In this document: positions 33,188-42,862 of the stretch, piece by piece
Numbering within the stretch: position 1 is the first letter of the stretch
Layout: each line of letters starts with the position of its first letter
Source of the DNA: Acidobacteriota bacterium
Lineage (GTDB): Bacteria; Acidobacteriota; Vicinamibacteria; Vicinamibacterales; SCN-69-37
Assembly: GCA_024640135.1 (NCBI GenBank)
Contig: JAHEFO010000001.1
Location: forward strand, 10,035 to 61,443
Direction: 5' to 3'
Length of the DNA: 51,409 bases
Position numbers and translations under genes: made by a program
Notes under the pieces: model-generated
Told to the model about the DNA's origin: nothing
The model's database searches: none
The model's input: the letters and a program-made list of their open reading frames with translations, nothing else

Positions 33188-33702
33188 GGGTTGAACCGAA
33201 CCCTGGTCGTCGTGCCGTTGGCGGCTACGAAATACAGACTGTCGTACTCGTCGTCAGCCATGGTCACCGTAGCCCCGCCCAGGGCCTTGATGATCGCCGG
33301 CACGGTGTTGGAATGCCCCACGACAACCACCGCGCCGGACGTGTGTGACTTGATCCTGGCGACCAGTCCTGCGGCGTCCCGGGCGAGCACGACCTCCGCG
33401 CTGACGCCGGTCCTGGCGGCGAGCGGCGCAGCCGTGTCCTTCGTCCGTCGATACTCGCTGGTGTAGATGGCCGTCACGCCGGCGTCGCCCAGCATCGCGG
33501 CCAACTTCTGGGCGCGCGCCTTCCCGGCCTCGGACAACTCGGGGTCGGGGCTGGCCGTCATCGACGTGCCAGGGGACGCGCCGTCGTCGGCGCGCTCGGC
33601 GTGCCGCATGACAATCACCATCTGCGCCTCTGCCATCGCAGGAATCACCATCGCACCAATCGTCACAAGGACCAACATCGCCAGCTTCATCGTGTTCTCC
33701 AT
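33184..33702 (-). CDS. Histidine phosphatase (phosphoglycerate mutase/SixA) family protein, secreted
   Basis: Has a signal peptide, the RHAER catalytic motif and a later GHSN. An alternative start exists at 33690. Confidence 0.75.
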   Translation of the reverse strand: MENTMKLAMLVLVTIGAMVIPAMAEAQMVIVMRHAERADDGASPGTSMTASPDPELSEAGKARAQKLAAMLGDAGVTAIYTSEYRRTKDTAAPLAARTGVSAEVVLARDAAGLVARIKSHTSGAVVVVGHSNTVPAIIKALGGATVTMADDEYDSLYFVAANGTTTRVRFNP

Positions 33703-35015
33703 CTCGCCGTCAGGTAAAGTCCCGCCCCCACGACCAGAGCAATCAGGCCCACATCCCGCTGGAGAGGCGTGGCTCCGTACATGATGGCCACCGAGATGGC
33801 CAGCGCCAGCACGGGCACCACGGGACCACCGGGAATCGTAAACGACGCGGGGCCCTGCCGCCGCAATGCCAGGACAGACGCACAGGTGCCGGCATACACG
33901 ATCAGACGACTGACGGCGCTACTCGCCGCCAGTGTCGCGAAACTGCCTGAGAGCGCCAGCCCCAGGGCCACGACTGACGTGACGACAATCGCCGCGGCGG
34001 GCGTCTTGAACGTCGGATGCACCCAACCGAAGAACGACGGCAGGTCGCCCTGCTCTGCCAGTGCATAGAGATTCCGAGACCCGGACAGCGCCTGTCCGAC
34101 GTTGTTTCCAGTCATCGACACTGCGCCGCCCGTCGTCATCAGGAACGCGCCCCAGGCTCCGATGAACAGCAGCGACGCATCCGCCAGCGGCGTCCGCGAA
34201 GCCGCCAGGTTCGGCAACGTTCCCATCGCCACGACCTGCACCAACGTCATGACGACGGCCACGACAATGATCGTGGCGACCATCGCGAAGGGCACGGCGC
34301 GTTTGGGATCGCGCGCTTCGCCGGCGGGCACACTGATGACCTCGTACCCGCCATACGCGAAGATCAAGTAGAGAGACGACGTGGAAATCTGAGCCCAGGT
34401 CAGCGCGACGTCCGGACGCAGCGCGTCGAACGTGACGTACGGCAGCCCCAGAAGGACAAAGATCGCCAACGGCGTAAGTTTGCCGATGGTCAGCGCATTC
34501 ACGACCCAGGCGCTCTGTTTGATGCCGATCACGTTGATGCTCATGATCGCGATCACGACGGCGCTGATGACCATCTCACGCGCCATGCCGGGCTGGCCGG
34601 CTCGCAATTCCGGCCAGTAGTACCCGAGCGCATCGGTCAAGCCGTTGACCACGGACGCCCAACTGGTCACGCGGGTGACCCACAACATCCATCCCACTTC
34701 AAAGCTGACGAACCGGCCGAACGCGGCCCGGGTGTAGAGGTAGGCGCCGCCGGTGCCGTCAAAGCGGCTGCCGGCCTCGGCAAAATTGAGCGCGATGAGC
34801 AGGGCCAGCACGCCGACAAGCGCGACCGCGATGGCACTCCAGGCGCCGATCTGCGAGACCAGCAACGCGGGCATCAGGAACACCGCACTGCCAATGACCT
34901 GATTCACGCCGATCGCCGTGAGGTCCCATTTTCCGAGTTCGCGCCGCAACTGGCTGGTGGAGGGATTCATGATGGTTCGGGCAGTTGTATCATGCGACGC
35001 GCATGAACCATGCAT
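33687..35015 (-). CDS. APC-family amino acid permease
   Basis: About 12 TM segments, with LRRELGKWDLTAIGVNQVIGSAVF at the N terminus. An alternative start at 34970 (MNPSTSQ) is equally plausible. Confidence 0.85.
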   Translation of the reverse strand: MHGSCASHDTTARTIMNPSTSQLRRELGKWDLTAIGVNQVIGSAVFLMPALLVSQIGAWSAIAVALVGVLALLIALNFAEAGSRFDGTGGAYLYTRAAFGRFVSFEVGWMLWVTRVTSWASVVNGLTDALGYYWPELRAGQPGMAREMVISAVVIAIMSINVIGIKQSAWVVNALTIGKLTPLAIFVLLGLPYVTFDALRPDVALTWAQISTSSLYLIFAYGGYEVISVPAGEARDPKRAVPFAMVATIIVVAVVMTLVQVVAMGTLPNLAASRTPLADASLLFIGAWGAFLMTTGGAVSMTGNNVGQALSGSRNLYALAEQGDLPSFFGWVHPTFKTPAAAIVVTSVVALGLALSGSFATLAASSAVSRLIVYAGTCASVLALRRQGPASFTIPGGPVVPVLALAISVAIMYGATPLQRDVGLIALVVGAGLYLTARWRTR

Positions 35016-35033
35016 GATGCTGGCCGCCGGGGA

Positions 35034-37052
35034 TCAATTCCACGGCATCAGCGCCTCCCGTATGGAGAGGGCATCGTGGGCACCGTACAGGATGAAGAGC
35101 GCCGCTCCACCCCAGCAGAGCGCGACGGCAGCCCGCCGGGGTCGCGAATACTGTCTCGCGCCAAGAGACGCCAGCGCCAGCATCAGGAACATCTCGTACG
35201 ACACGCGCTGCCCGTTGCCCACGTGTCCCCACACATTCGGGTGAGTGAAGGACAGGGCCATCAGGGCGTACATCACGAATGCCGCCCCGATGAACCGGCT
35301 TGTCACGCGCATGAGGCCGACCGACAGCGCACTCACCGCGATGATCAGGATCGGAAACCAGATGGCAGCCCGCGCCAGTTCCGCCACAGCCGGGTGATAG
35401 TCGCCCCGCATCAGCGCAAACCAGAGGCCGACGAATCCCTGGAATGGGATTCCCAGGTTGTGGGAAGGGTAGAAGAACCCTGCCCACCCCCAGTCGGGCC
35501 AGAGGCCAGAGGCCACATAGACGCGCCAGACTGCCAGCGGCAGGGCCGCGCTCAGAAGCCAGATCCGCCCGCGTCTGCCCTCGCCGGCGCCGGCGCCGAA
35601 CGCCACAAGGGCGACCAGAAACACCAAACCGGTTTCACGGATCAGCAGGGAGATCGCGAACGCGGCAATGGCCAGCGGAATCCGCTGTTTGCGAACGCAC
35701 CAGTACCCGATCAGCAGGAACGCTGCCGCCAGCGGTTCTGGCAGCGCCAGCCTGACGGACTGCCAGAAGCCTGGAACACCCAGCACCATGAGCCCCCACA
35801 GGGCCGTGCCCCCCGCCTCCTGGCCGAGCCTGGCCAGGACAAACGCCGACAGTGCCACCCCGACCAACACCAGACCGACCATCACCGCCGGATAGCGGTC
35901 CCACCGGCCGCCTGCTACGGAACGGACCAGCCAGGGAAAGCCGATCCGCCCGAAACGATACGGCGGCGCGTCAGCCACGGCGCGGTACTGCTCCGGAGAG
36001 GACCGGAACCGCCGCATCAGCGGGTCGAACGCCGCGAAGTAGTAGAACTGTGCGTCGTACCCCTCGTTCGGCTGAAGGACCAGACTGTCCCGAACCTCCT
36101 CCCGCCCGGTGAACAGGGGCGAACGGTCGAAGCCGCTCTCAGACACTCGAAGCAGGCCGCTGTAGTTGCCCTCGAACTCACGTGCGGCGTGTCGCGCCAC
36201 CGCACCGTAGACCACGGCGACGATGACTGATACCGCGACGGCCGATGCCATCGGCTGCCAGCTCGGGCGGTTCCGAAATGCCCATCGCACTCCGTGACCC
36301 ACCGGCACACTGAGGCGCCACACTCGTGAAGCCAGCAAGACGAGTGTGGCCTTGATGAACGTACTGAGGGGCATCACCACCAGGTATGGCGACCACCAGG
36401 GCGAAACCACCATTGAGGCCATGAGACCTGCGACGCCGACAGACACGACGCGGTGGATCCGCACACCGGCAGGATGCCAGTCCGTCGCGGCAGGCACGAG
36501 GAGCAGGACACAAATCAACAGCCACGCGGCGGCCATCACGGCAGGGCCGGGTTGCTCGTATCGAGCCTCGACGTTCGGGAGAATCAGGAACGGCAGCGCA
36601 TGCGTGGTCGAACCGTGGTGCGTGGCCAGCTCCAGAAACTCAAGAGTCCACCCGCTGGACTGGCCCACCAGCTCGACAATGTGATCCGCACGCGGCACCC
36701 ACCCGTCCGCGGCCACACAATCCACGCGTTTGACGTCGCCGGACGGAATGTGGACATCGCAGACAGGCCTGCCGTCTGCGAGGATCGACAAGGACTCTGG
36801 CGCTCCGCCCGGATTGCGAATGATGGCAATCACAGCAACCGGGGCGGAAAGTCCGGCAGCGCGAGGATCCTGGAGGGTCGCGACTTGAACACGACCTTCC
36901 ACGGCGGCGATTGGCGTCTTGACGATCTTGACGCGTCGACTCTCGAACGACACGAACACACGCGTGGCCAGCACGGAACAGAGTGCCGTGGCGACCAGCA
37001 CTGCGAACACCCACCTGTGAGTCCATCCAGGCGGTGTCACGGGAGCCCGCAC
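35034..37052 (-). CDS. Large polytopic membrane protein of unknown function (one TM, a ~150-aa extracytoplasmic domain, then many TMs)
   Basis: 672 aa with a GTG start immediately after the upstream TAG. The profile is strongly hydrophobic, whereas the antisense 406-aa ORF is an Arg/His/Pro-rich artefact. Any resemblance to GT-C-like glycopolymer proteins is only an impression. Confidence 0.6.
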   Translation of the reverse strand: MRAPVTPPGWTHRWVFAVLVATALCSVLATRVFVSFESRRVKIVKTPIAAVEGRVQVATLQDPRAAGLSAPVAVIAIIRNPGGAPESLSILADGRPVCDVHIPSGDVKRVDCVAADGWVPRADHIVELVGQSSGWTLEFLELATHHGSTTHALPFLILPNVEARYEQPGPAVMAAAWLLICVLLLVPAATDWHPAGVRIHRVVSVGVAGLMASMVVSPWWSPYLVVMPLSTFIKATLVLLASRVWRLSVPVGHGVRWAFRNRPSWQPMASAVAVSVIVAVVYGAVARHAAREFEGNYSGLLRVSESGFDRSPLFTGREEVRDSLVLQPNEGYDAQFYYFAAFDPLMRRFRSSPEQYRAVADAPPYRFGRIGFPWLVRSVAGGRWDRYPAVMVGLVLVGVALSAFVLARLGQEAGGTALWGLMVLGVPGFWQSVRLALPEPLAAAFLLIGYWCVRKQRIPLAIAAFAISLLIRETGLVFLVALVAFGAGAGEGRRGRIWLLSAALPLAVWRVYVASGLWPDWGWAGFFYPSHNLGIPFQGFVGLWFALMRGDYHPAVAELARAAIWFPILIIAVSALSVGLMRVTSRFIGAAFVMYALMALSFTHPNVWGHVGNGQRVSYEMFLMLALASLGARQYSRPRRAAVALCWGGAALFILYGAHDALSIREALMPWN

Positions 37053-38252
37053 CTACGTTCCTACCGGTCCGGTCTTCCTTGACGGACTGAAGAACGGCGT
37101 GACCGTCACCGTGGCGAGGACTCGGTGCCGCACGGCCTCCACCGTATGTTCCACTTCAACCCGTGTGCCGACGGCCATGTGCGGGGCATTGAGCGTCGCC
37201 AAGCCGATCATCTGCTTGAGCACCGGCGACCAGGTGGACGATGTCATGCGGCCGACGGCTTTGCCGTTGGCGTACACCGGCACGGCCTCACGGGAGGCGG
37301 TGGCCTCGGCGACGGGCGGGAGTCCGACGGCGTCGTAGAGGCGCTCGACCGAGGGCCAATCGAGCGTCACACCGACAATGCGGCGCCTGGGCGCCCGGGC
37401 GTATTCGGCGACCAACGCGTCGCGACCGATAAACCGCTCCTTGTTGAAGTTCACCAGCCGGCCGAGACCCAGTTCAAACGGCGAATACAGTTGCGAGGCC
37501 GTCAAGGCCTTGCGCGCGCTGAAGAAATCCACGTCGATGAGCAGCAGCCCTGCCTCGATGCGCGCGACATCCAAGGCCAGCATGCCGGCAGGCTGCAGCG
37601 CGTACCCAGATCCGGCTGACGCGATGGCATCCCACACCTGCGTGGCGTCGGCGCGGTCCATCCACAGCTCGTAGCCGAGGTCTCCTGTGTAGCCGGTGCG
37701 CGAAATGTCAACGTCTGCGCCCGCGATGGTGGTGCTGATCATCCCGAAGTACTTCAAGTCCCGGAGGTCGGCGCGAGCCACCGATTGCAGGAGCCCGGCC
37801 GATGTCGGTCCCTGCACGGCCAGCGCCGCAACTTGTTCGGACACGTCCTCGATCAGGACATCGAGCCCCTCCGCCTGCTGCTGGAGCCAGCGCAGGTTGG
37901 GTTCGGCCGCCGTCCATCGGAACGTCTGCTCACCCAGGCGCGTCACCGTGCCATCGTCGAGCACCTGCCCATGTTCATCGCACCAGGGCGTGTAGATGAC
38001 CTGTCCGGGCTGCAGGCGGTGTGCGTCCCGGGTAATCACGCGGTCGACGAACTCGATCGCGCCGGATCCAGTCACCAGGTACTTGAACAGCGGCGAGATA
38101 TCGATGACCGCAGACCCATTGCGGATGGCGTTGTATTCGTGAGTATGGTGCGACTCGTAGGTGCTGGCGGCGTAGTATCCAGCCCAATCGCGATAGTTGA
38201 GACTCCGGCAGAGCGGAAACGTGCGATTGTGGAACGGTGTGCCGACGGGCAT
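37053..38252 (-). CDS. Aminomethyltransferase (GcvT) family protein
   Basis: 399 aa. EYNAIRNGSAVIDISPLFKY and the rest of the sequence align with glycine-cleavage T / DmdA-type folate-dependent enzymes. Confidence 0.85.
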   Translation of the reverse strand: MPVGTPFHNRTFPLCRSLNYRDWAGYYAASTYESHHTHEYNAIRNGSAVIDISPLFKYLVTGSGAIEFVDRVITRDAHRLQPGQVIYTPWCDEHGQVLDDGTVTRLGEQTFRWTAAEPNLRWLQQQAEGLDVLIEDVSEQVAALAVQGPTSAGLLQSVARADLRDLKYFGMISTTIAGADVDISRTGYTGDLGYELWMDRADATQVWDAIASAGSGYALQPAGMLALDVARIEAGLLLIDVDFFSARKALTASQLYSPFELGLGRLVNFNKERFIGRDALVAEYARAPRRRIVGVTLDWPSVERLYDAVGLPPVAEATASREAVPVYANGKAVGRMTSSTWSPVLKQMIGLATLNAPHMAVGTRVEVEHTVEAVRHRVLATVTVTPFFSPSRKTGPVGT

Positions 38253-38258
38253 AGGAGA

Positions 38259-38264
38259 ATAGTA
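38259..38264 (-). promoter_or_regulatory. Candidate -10 box TACTAT (minus strand), 6 nt upstream of the GcvT-family ATG
   Basis: The reverse complement of ATAGTA reads TACTAT. The spacing predicts a leaderless transcript starting at 38252. Confidence 0.4.
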
Positions 38265-38315
38265 GACCGAAGCCGCCCTTTGGGGCTTCGGGACCCAAAA
38301 ACCCGAAGACCTGCG

Positions 38316-38321
38316 TACAAT
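38316..38321 (+). promoter_or_regulatory. Candidate -10 box TACAAT, 8 nt upstream of the CrtI-family ATG
   Basis: No SD lies between the box and the ATG at 38330. Confidence 0.4.
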
Positions 38322-38329
38322 GTGACTCG

Positions 38330-39937
38330 ATGCCGCAGCACTACGACGCCGTCGTCATCGGCGCCGGACACAATGGCCTGACGGCCGCCGCCTATCTCGC
38401 CCGCGCAGGACGCAAGGTCCTGGTGCTCGAACGGCGGCACCTCGTCGGCGGCGCGGCCGTCACCGAAGAGGTCTACCCGGGCTTCAAGTACTCCGTCTGC
38501 TCGTACGTCGTCTCGTTGCTCCGGCCGGAGATCATCCGAGAGCTGGAGTTGGCCAGACACGGCCTGGAGCTGCTCCCGCTCGATGGCACGTTCACGCCCA
38601 TGCCGAGCGGGGACTATCTCTGGCGGACGAACGACCATGCGCAGTCCTTTCGGGACATCTCTCGACATTCGCGATTGGACGCCGAAGCCTACGACGAGTA
38701 CGGACGCGCGATGGTCGAGATGAGCCGGTTCGCGAAGCCGATTCTGGGCATGACTCCGCCCGATCCGTTTTCGATGAAGATTCGTGACGTGCGGCCGCTT
38801 CTGGACATCCTGGCGCGTTTCCGCGCGCTGCCGGAGGCCAGTCGCCACGACCAGTTGCAGTTGCTGACCATGAGCGCGTCGGACTTCCTCGATCAGTGGT
38901 TCGAGACCGACGTCCTCAAAGCCACGATGGCGGCCTCCGGCATCATCGGAACGTTTCTGGGTGTCCGGTCACCGGGAACGGCCTACGTGCTCCTGCACCA
39001 CTACATGGGTGAGATCGACGGCGCGTTCCGTTCGTGGGGCCTCTCACGTGGCGGCACGGGCATGGTGTCGGAGTCAATCGCGTCGGCGGCGCGCGCGGCT
39101 GGCGCGGAGATTCGACTGGAGGCCCCGGTCAGCAAGGTGATGATCAACAACGGCCGGGCCACCGGCGTCGTGCTCGAGGACGGCGACTACGTGCTGACCA
39201 ACACGGTGCTGTCGAGCGTGGATCCACGTCTGACGTTCATGAGGATGGTGGGCGAGGAACACCTGCCGGGCGATTTTGTCGAAGACATCCGCCGGTACAA
39301 GTTCCGCGGGTCGTCAGGCAAGGTCAATCTTGCGCTGGACGGCCTGCCGGACTTCACGGCGCTCAAGGGTTCAGGTCCGCATCTGCGCGGGGCCATCTCC
39401 ATCTCACCGAGCGTGGATTACATGGAACGCGCGTACGATCAGGCAAAGTACGGACAGTATTCCCGCCGGCCGTATATCGATATCGTGATTCCCAGTCTCA
39501 CGGATCCCTCGCTGGCTCCACCAGGCAAACACGTCATGTCGTGTTTTGTGCAGTATGCGCCGTACGACTTGCGCGAACCCTCCGACGGCGGGTCCTCAGC
39601 CACGGATGCCCCGGCCTGGGATCAACACCGGGAAGCGTTCGGCGACACGGTCGTAGACACGATTGCCGAGTACGCGCCGAACCTGAAGGACTTGATCCTG
39701 CATCGACAAGTCCTGACGCCGCTCGATTTCGAGCGGACGTTCGGACTGTCTGAAGGCAATATCTTCCAGGGCGAATTGACGCTGGAACAGTTGTTCTTCC
39801 TTCGGCCCGCACCTGGCTGGGCCGACTACCGCACGCCGATAACGGGGCTCTACATGTGCGGGTCCGCCACACATCCCGGTGGCGGCATCATGGGCGCGCC
39901 GGGCCGCAACGGTGCGATGAAGGCGATGAACCGATGA
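38330..39937 (+). CDS. NAD(P)/FAD-dependent oxidoreductase, phytoene desaturase (CrtI) superfamily
   Basis: The N-terminal dinucleotide fold is YDAVVIGAGHNGLTAAAYLARAG. The C-terminal motif is LYMCGSATHPGGGIMGAPG. Confidence 0.85.
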   Translation: MPQHYDAVVIGAGHNGLTAAAYLARAGRKVLVLERRHLVGGAAVTEEVYPGFKYSVCSYVVSLLRPEIIRELELARHGLELLPLDGTFTPMPSGDYLWRTNDHAQSFRDISRHSRLDAEAYDEYGRAMVEMSRFAKPILGMTPPDPFSMKIRDVRPLLDILARFRALPEASRHDQLQLLTMSASDFLDQWFETDVLKATMAASGIIGTFLGVRSPGTAYVLLHHYMGEIDGAFRSWGLSRGGTGMVSESIASAARAAGAEIRLEAPVSKVMINNGRATGVVLEDGDYVLTNTVLSSVDPRLTFMRMVGEEHLPGDFVEDIRRYKFRGSSGKVNLALDGLPDFTALKGSGPHLRGAISISPSVDYMERAYDQAKYGQYSRRPYIDIVIPSLTDPSLAPPGKHVMSCFVQYAPYDLREPSDGGSSATDAPAWDQHREAFGDTVVDTIAEYAPNLKDLILHRQVLTPLDFERTFGLSEGNIFQGELTLEQLFFLRPAPGWADYRTPITGLYMCGSATHPGGGIMGAPGRNGAMKAMNR

Positions 39938-41529
39938 CGGACGTCGTCATTATCGGGGGCGGGATCAACGGCCTGGTGGCAGCCACCATGCTGGCTCGAC
40001 AGAAGTTCTCGGTCCTGGTGCTCGATCGGCACGACAGGGTTGGCGGCGCGGCGATCACCACGCCGTCTGCCAAAGGCTTCAAGGCGCCGACGCTCAGTCA
40101 TTCGATCGGGCCGCTCAGTGCTGATGTGATGCGCAACCTTCGCGCCGGGAACTCGACCTTCGCGCGAGCGCATCTGAGGTTTCTGGCGCCCGACCCCGTC
40201 CTGACAACCTTCGGCCAGCGCGACGAGTTCATCACATTCCATCGCGATGACGTGTTGACCGCCGCGTCAATCGACAGACTCTCGCCCCGTGATGCCGGCG
40301 TGTGGCAGTCGTTTGCCGTCACCTTGCAGCGCCTCGCCGCGATCATGGTGAACGTGAACCGGCACGCGCCGCCGTCAATCGATACGCCGTCCTCCAGGGA
40401 ACTCTGGCGCTTGTTCGGCCTGGGCCGAAAGGCGCGATCCCTGGGCCGCGCCGATTTGGCCCGGCTCGCGCGATACGCCCCTATCGCCGTGGCCGACCTG
40501 GCGGCTGAGTGGTTCGAGCACGACCTGCTGCAGGCGGCCGTGGCCGCTCGCGGAGTCTTTGGGCACCTCGTGGGTCCCTGGTCGGCCGGTACCGGCGCAC
40601 TGCTGATGCAACGGATGGCGGAAGATCCCATGCCGGTCGGCGGCGGCGTAACGATCGTCGGCGGGCCGGGCGCACTCGCACAGGCCATCGGTACACTGGC
40701 CGAGTCCGCCGGCGCTCAAATCCGCACCGAAGCCCGAGTGGTGCGCGTGCTGACCCGCCGGGGCGTTGCCACCGGCGTGGCGCTCGACACCGGTGAGGAA
40801 ATCGGTGCCCATGCGGTAGTCGGCGCGATCGATCCGCGGCACCTGTGCCTCGACCTGATTGATCCCGGGGACCTGGGCCCCACGTTCCGGCAGCGCATGC
40901 GCCAGATGAGAGGTCGCGGTGTCACCGCCAAACTCAATCTCTCCCTGTCGTCGAAACCGTCCTTCACCGCGCTGCAGGGCGATGACGTACCCCTGAAGGG
41001 CCGGGTGCTGATCGCGCCTGGCATCGACTACATCGAGCGCGCGTTTGACGCCGCCAAGTACGGGCAACTGTCACCACACCCGTGGCTCGAGGTGTCAATC
41101 CCGACGGTGAATGATCCGTCGCTGGCGCCTGAAGGTCAGCACGTGTTGTCGGCATACGTCCACTACGCCCCGAGGGCCTTGCGCGAAAGCACGTGGGCAG
41201 ACATGAGTGAGGCCCTGTACAAGTCCGTCATCGACACCATGGAGCCCTACGCGCCAGGCATCGGCTCGCTGGTGATCGAGCGCGAGGTCATCACACCGGA
41301 GGATCTCGAGACGAAGTGGGGGTTCGCTGGAGGGCACATCTTCCACGGTGAAGAAACGCTCGACCAATGGTGGGTCAGCCGGCCCCTCATGGGCGCAGCA
41401 CAGTACCGGTCACCGATCGAGAATCTGTTCTTCGCCAGCGCCGGCACCCATCCAGGCGGCGGGCTCACGGGCCAATCGGGCCTGAACGCGGCGCGAACGA
41501 TTGCCCGGGCGCTCAAGCGCCGCCGCTGA
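39934..41529 (+). CDS. Second CrtI-superfamily FAD-dependent oxidoreductase (tandem paralogue)
   Basis: Start at MTDVVIIGGGINGLVAA, overlapping the upstream stop (ATGA). The C-terminal motif is LFFASAGTHPGGGLTG. Confidence 0.85.
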   Translation: MTDVVIIGGGINGLVAATMLARQKFSVLVLDRHDRVGGAAITTPSAKGFKAPTLSHSIGPLSADVMRNLRAGNSTFARAHLRFLAPDPVLTTFGQRDEFITFHRDDVLTAASIDRLSPRDAGVWQSFAVTLQRLAAIMVNVNRHAPPSIDTPSSRELWRLFGLGRKARSLGRADLARLARYAPIAVADLAAEWFEHDLLQAAVAARGVFGHLVGPWSAGTGALLMQRMAEDPMPVGGGVTIVGGPGALAQAIGTLAESAGAQIRTEARVVRVLTRRGVATGVALDTGEEIGAHAVVGAIDPRHLCLDLIDPGDLGPTFRQRMRQMRGRGVTAKLNLSLSSKPSFTALQGDDVPLKGRVLIAPGIDYIERAFDAAKYGQLSPHPWLEVSIPTVNDPSLAPEGQHVLSAYVHYAPRALRESTWADMSEALYKSVIDTMEPYAPGIGSLVIEREVITPEDLETKWGFAGGHIFHGEETLDQWWVSRPLMGAAQYRSPIENLFFASAGTHPGGGLTGQSGLNAARTIARALKRRR

Positions 41530-41613
41530 CACCGCGGCGTGCGTTACGGCCGATCCGGCTGGATCGGCTTCGACGCGGCCCGCCGATGGACCACAATACG
41601 AGTAGGAGGCCGT

Positions 41614-41886
41614 ATGAGAGTGATCTACAAAGCGATCGTAATCGTACTGCTCGGCATCATTGTCATCTTCGCGTTTCAGAATCTGACATCAGTCACCGTA
41701 TCGCTGTTTGCATGGAGCGCCACCATGCCTGTGGCCCTGGTAGTGGTCGCGGCGTATTTGTTCGGAATGGTCACTGGAGGCAGCGTGCGGACGCTCATGA
41801 TGCGTCTGACGCACGATGACTCGAAGGCGCCGCCCATCATGCCGCCGCCGGGTGTTCCGAAGCGACGGGCTGATTCTCACCACTAG
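41614..41886 (+). CDS. LapA-like (DUF1049) inner-membrane protein
   Basis: AGGAGG lies 5 nt upstream of the ATG. There are two TM helices with the FAFQN pattern and a Pro-rich tail. Confidence 0.7.
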   Translation: MRVIYKAIVIVLLGIIVIFAFQNLTSVTVSLFAWSATMPVALVVVAAYLFGMVTGGSVRTLMMRLTHDDSKAPPIMPPPGVPKRRADSHH

Positions 41887-42833
41887 AACACGTCCGTCGG
41901 CCAGTAGACCGGGCGCGCGTAGTCCGGAGTCGGTCCGTCGATGGCCCGGACCATCATCAACTCCGGCGCGGGTTCGGTCTTGAGAACCCGGATCTGCGGC
42001 GGATGAATCGCGGAAGGCCAGGACGTCCGCAACGTCCGATCCGTGTGCGACGGCTCGCGAGCGGCCAGCACCTCAAGCATCGCGCCCACGCGGGCACACG
42101 TGGGATCGCGGTCGCCGCACTCCTCCACGACGGTGCCGCCGGGACCGTGTGAAATGACGACGTAGGCCACGGCGCGGTGCCCTTCCTCGGTGACAAAGAA
42201 CTCCAGTGAGCGAAGACCCAGGGGGCCCAGCCCGGCAAGCGTCCGCCGTCGCATGACTCCGAATTCGATGAGCGCCGCTGAGCGGTTGAGCGCGAAATCC
42301 GAACCGTCGGCGTACAGCATCGATATCCCGGCCAACTCCGGCAGGTCGTGCGGTTCGGCCGCGCGCATCAGAACGGCGGGAGCCCCGCGGTGATTGACAG
42401 GCACATCCAGGGTTGCCAGCGAACGTTGGACGGCTTTGAATCCCATCCGGGCGTAGAAGTCCGGGCCAATCGTTGAAAACAACAGCGCCGCCTCGCATCC
42501 GCGATCACGGCCGTCGTTGATCATGGCCTCGATGAGAGCAGAAGCCAGATTCTGTCCGCGGTGACGTTCCGGCGCGAACACCGCACCGATCCCAAGAACT
42601 TTCATCGAGCGGCCGTCGGTCTGGGCGTCGAACAGATACCGCCTGGCCGACACCAGAACCTCGCCGCCATCAACCAAGCCGACCCTGGCCACGCGCTGTT
42701 GCCCCCACGGACTCAGTCCCTGCGCCCGATGCCACAGCCCGTAGGCGTGCCGCGAGAGGCCTTCTCCCCAGAGGGGATAGGTGTCGTCAAGGATCTGGTC
42801 CAGTTGGCTGGAATCGACGATTTCTTTTACCAT
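41883..42833 (-). CDS. GNAT family N-acetyltransferase (Eis-like, multi-domain)
   Basis: Start at MVKEIVDSSQ. The acetyl-CoA loop is HRGQNLASALIEAM. Length is 316 aa. Confidence 0.75.
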   Translation of the reverse strand: MVKEIVDSSQLDQILDDTYPLWGEGLSRHAYGLWHRAQGLSPWGQQRVARVGLVDGGEVLVSARRYLFDAQTDGRSMKVLGIGAVFAPERHRGQNLASALIEAMINDGRDRGCEAALLFSTIGPDFYARMGFKAVQRSLATLDVPVNHRGAPAVLMRAAEPHDLPELAGISMLYADGSDFALNRSAALIEFGVMRRRTLAGLGPLGLRSLEFFVTEEGHRAVAYVVISHGPGGTVVEECGDRDPTCARVGAMLEVLAAREPSHTDRTLRTSWPSAIHPPQIRVLKTEPAPELMMVRAIDGPTPDYARPVYWPTDVF

Positions 42834-42862
42834 CTGGGGATTCTGTCGGTCCAAGAGGTTAT

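Noticed and set aside
41549-41568. Perfect 8-bp hairpin GCCGATCC-GGCT-GGATCGGC after the second CrtI-family gene, as a possible terminator
   Set aside because: There is no U-tract, and the LapA-like gene follows 45 nt later on the same strand. It could be an RNA-stability element, but the evidence is too weak to annotate.
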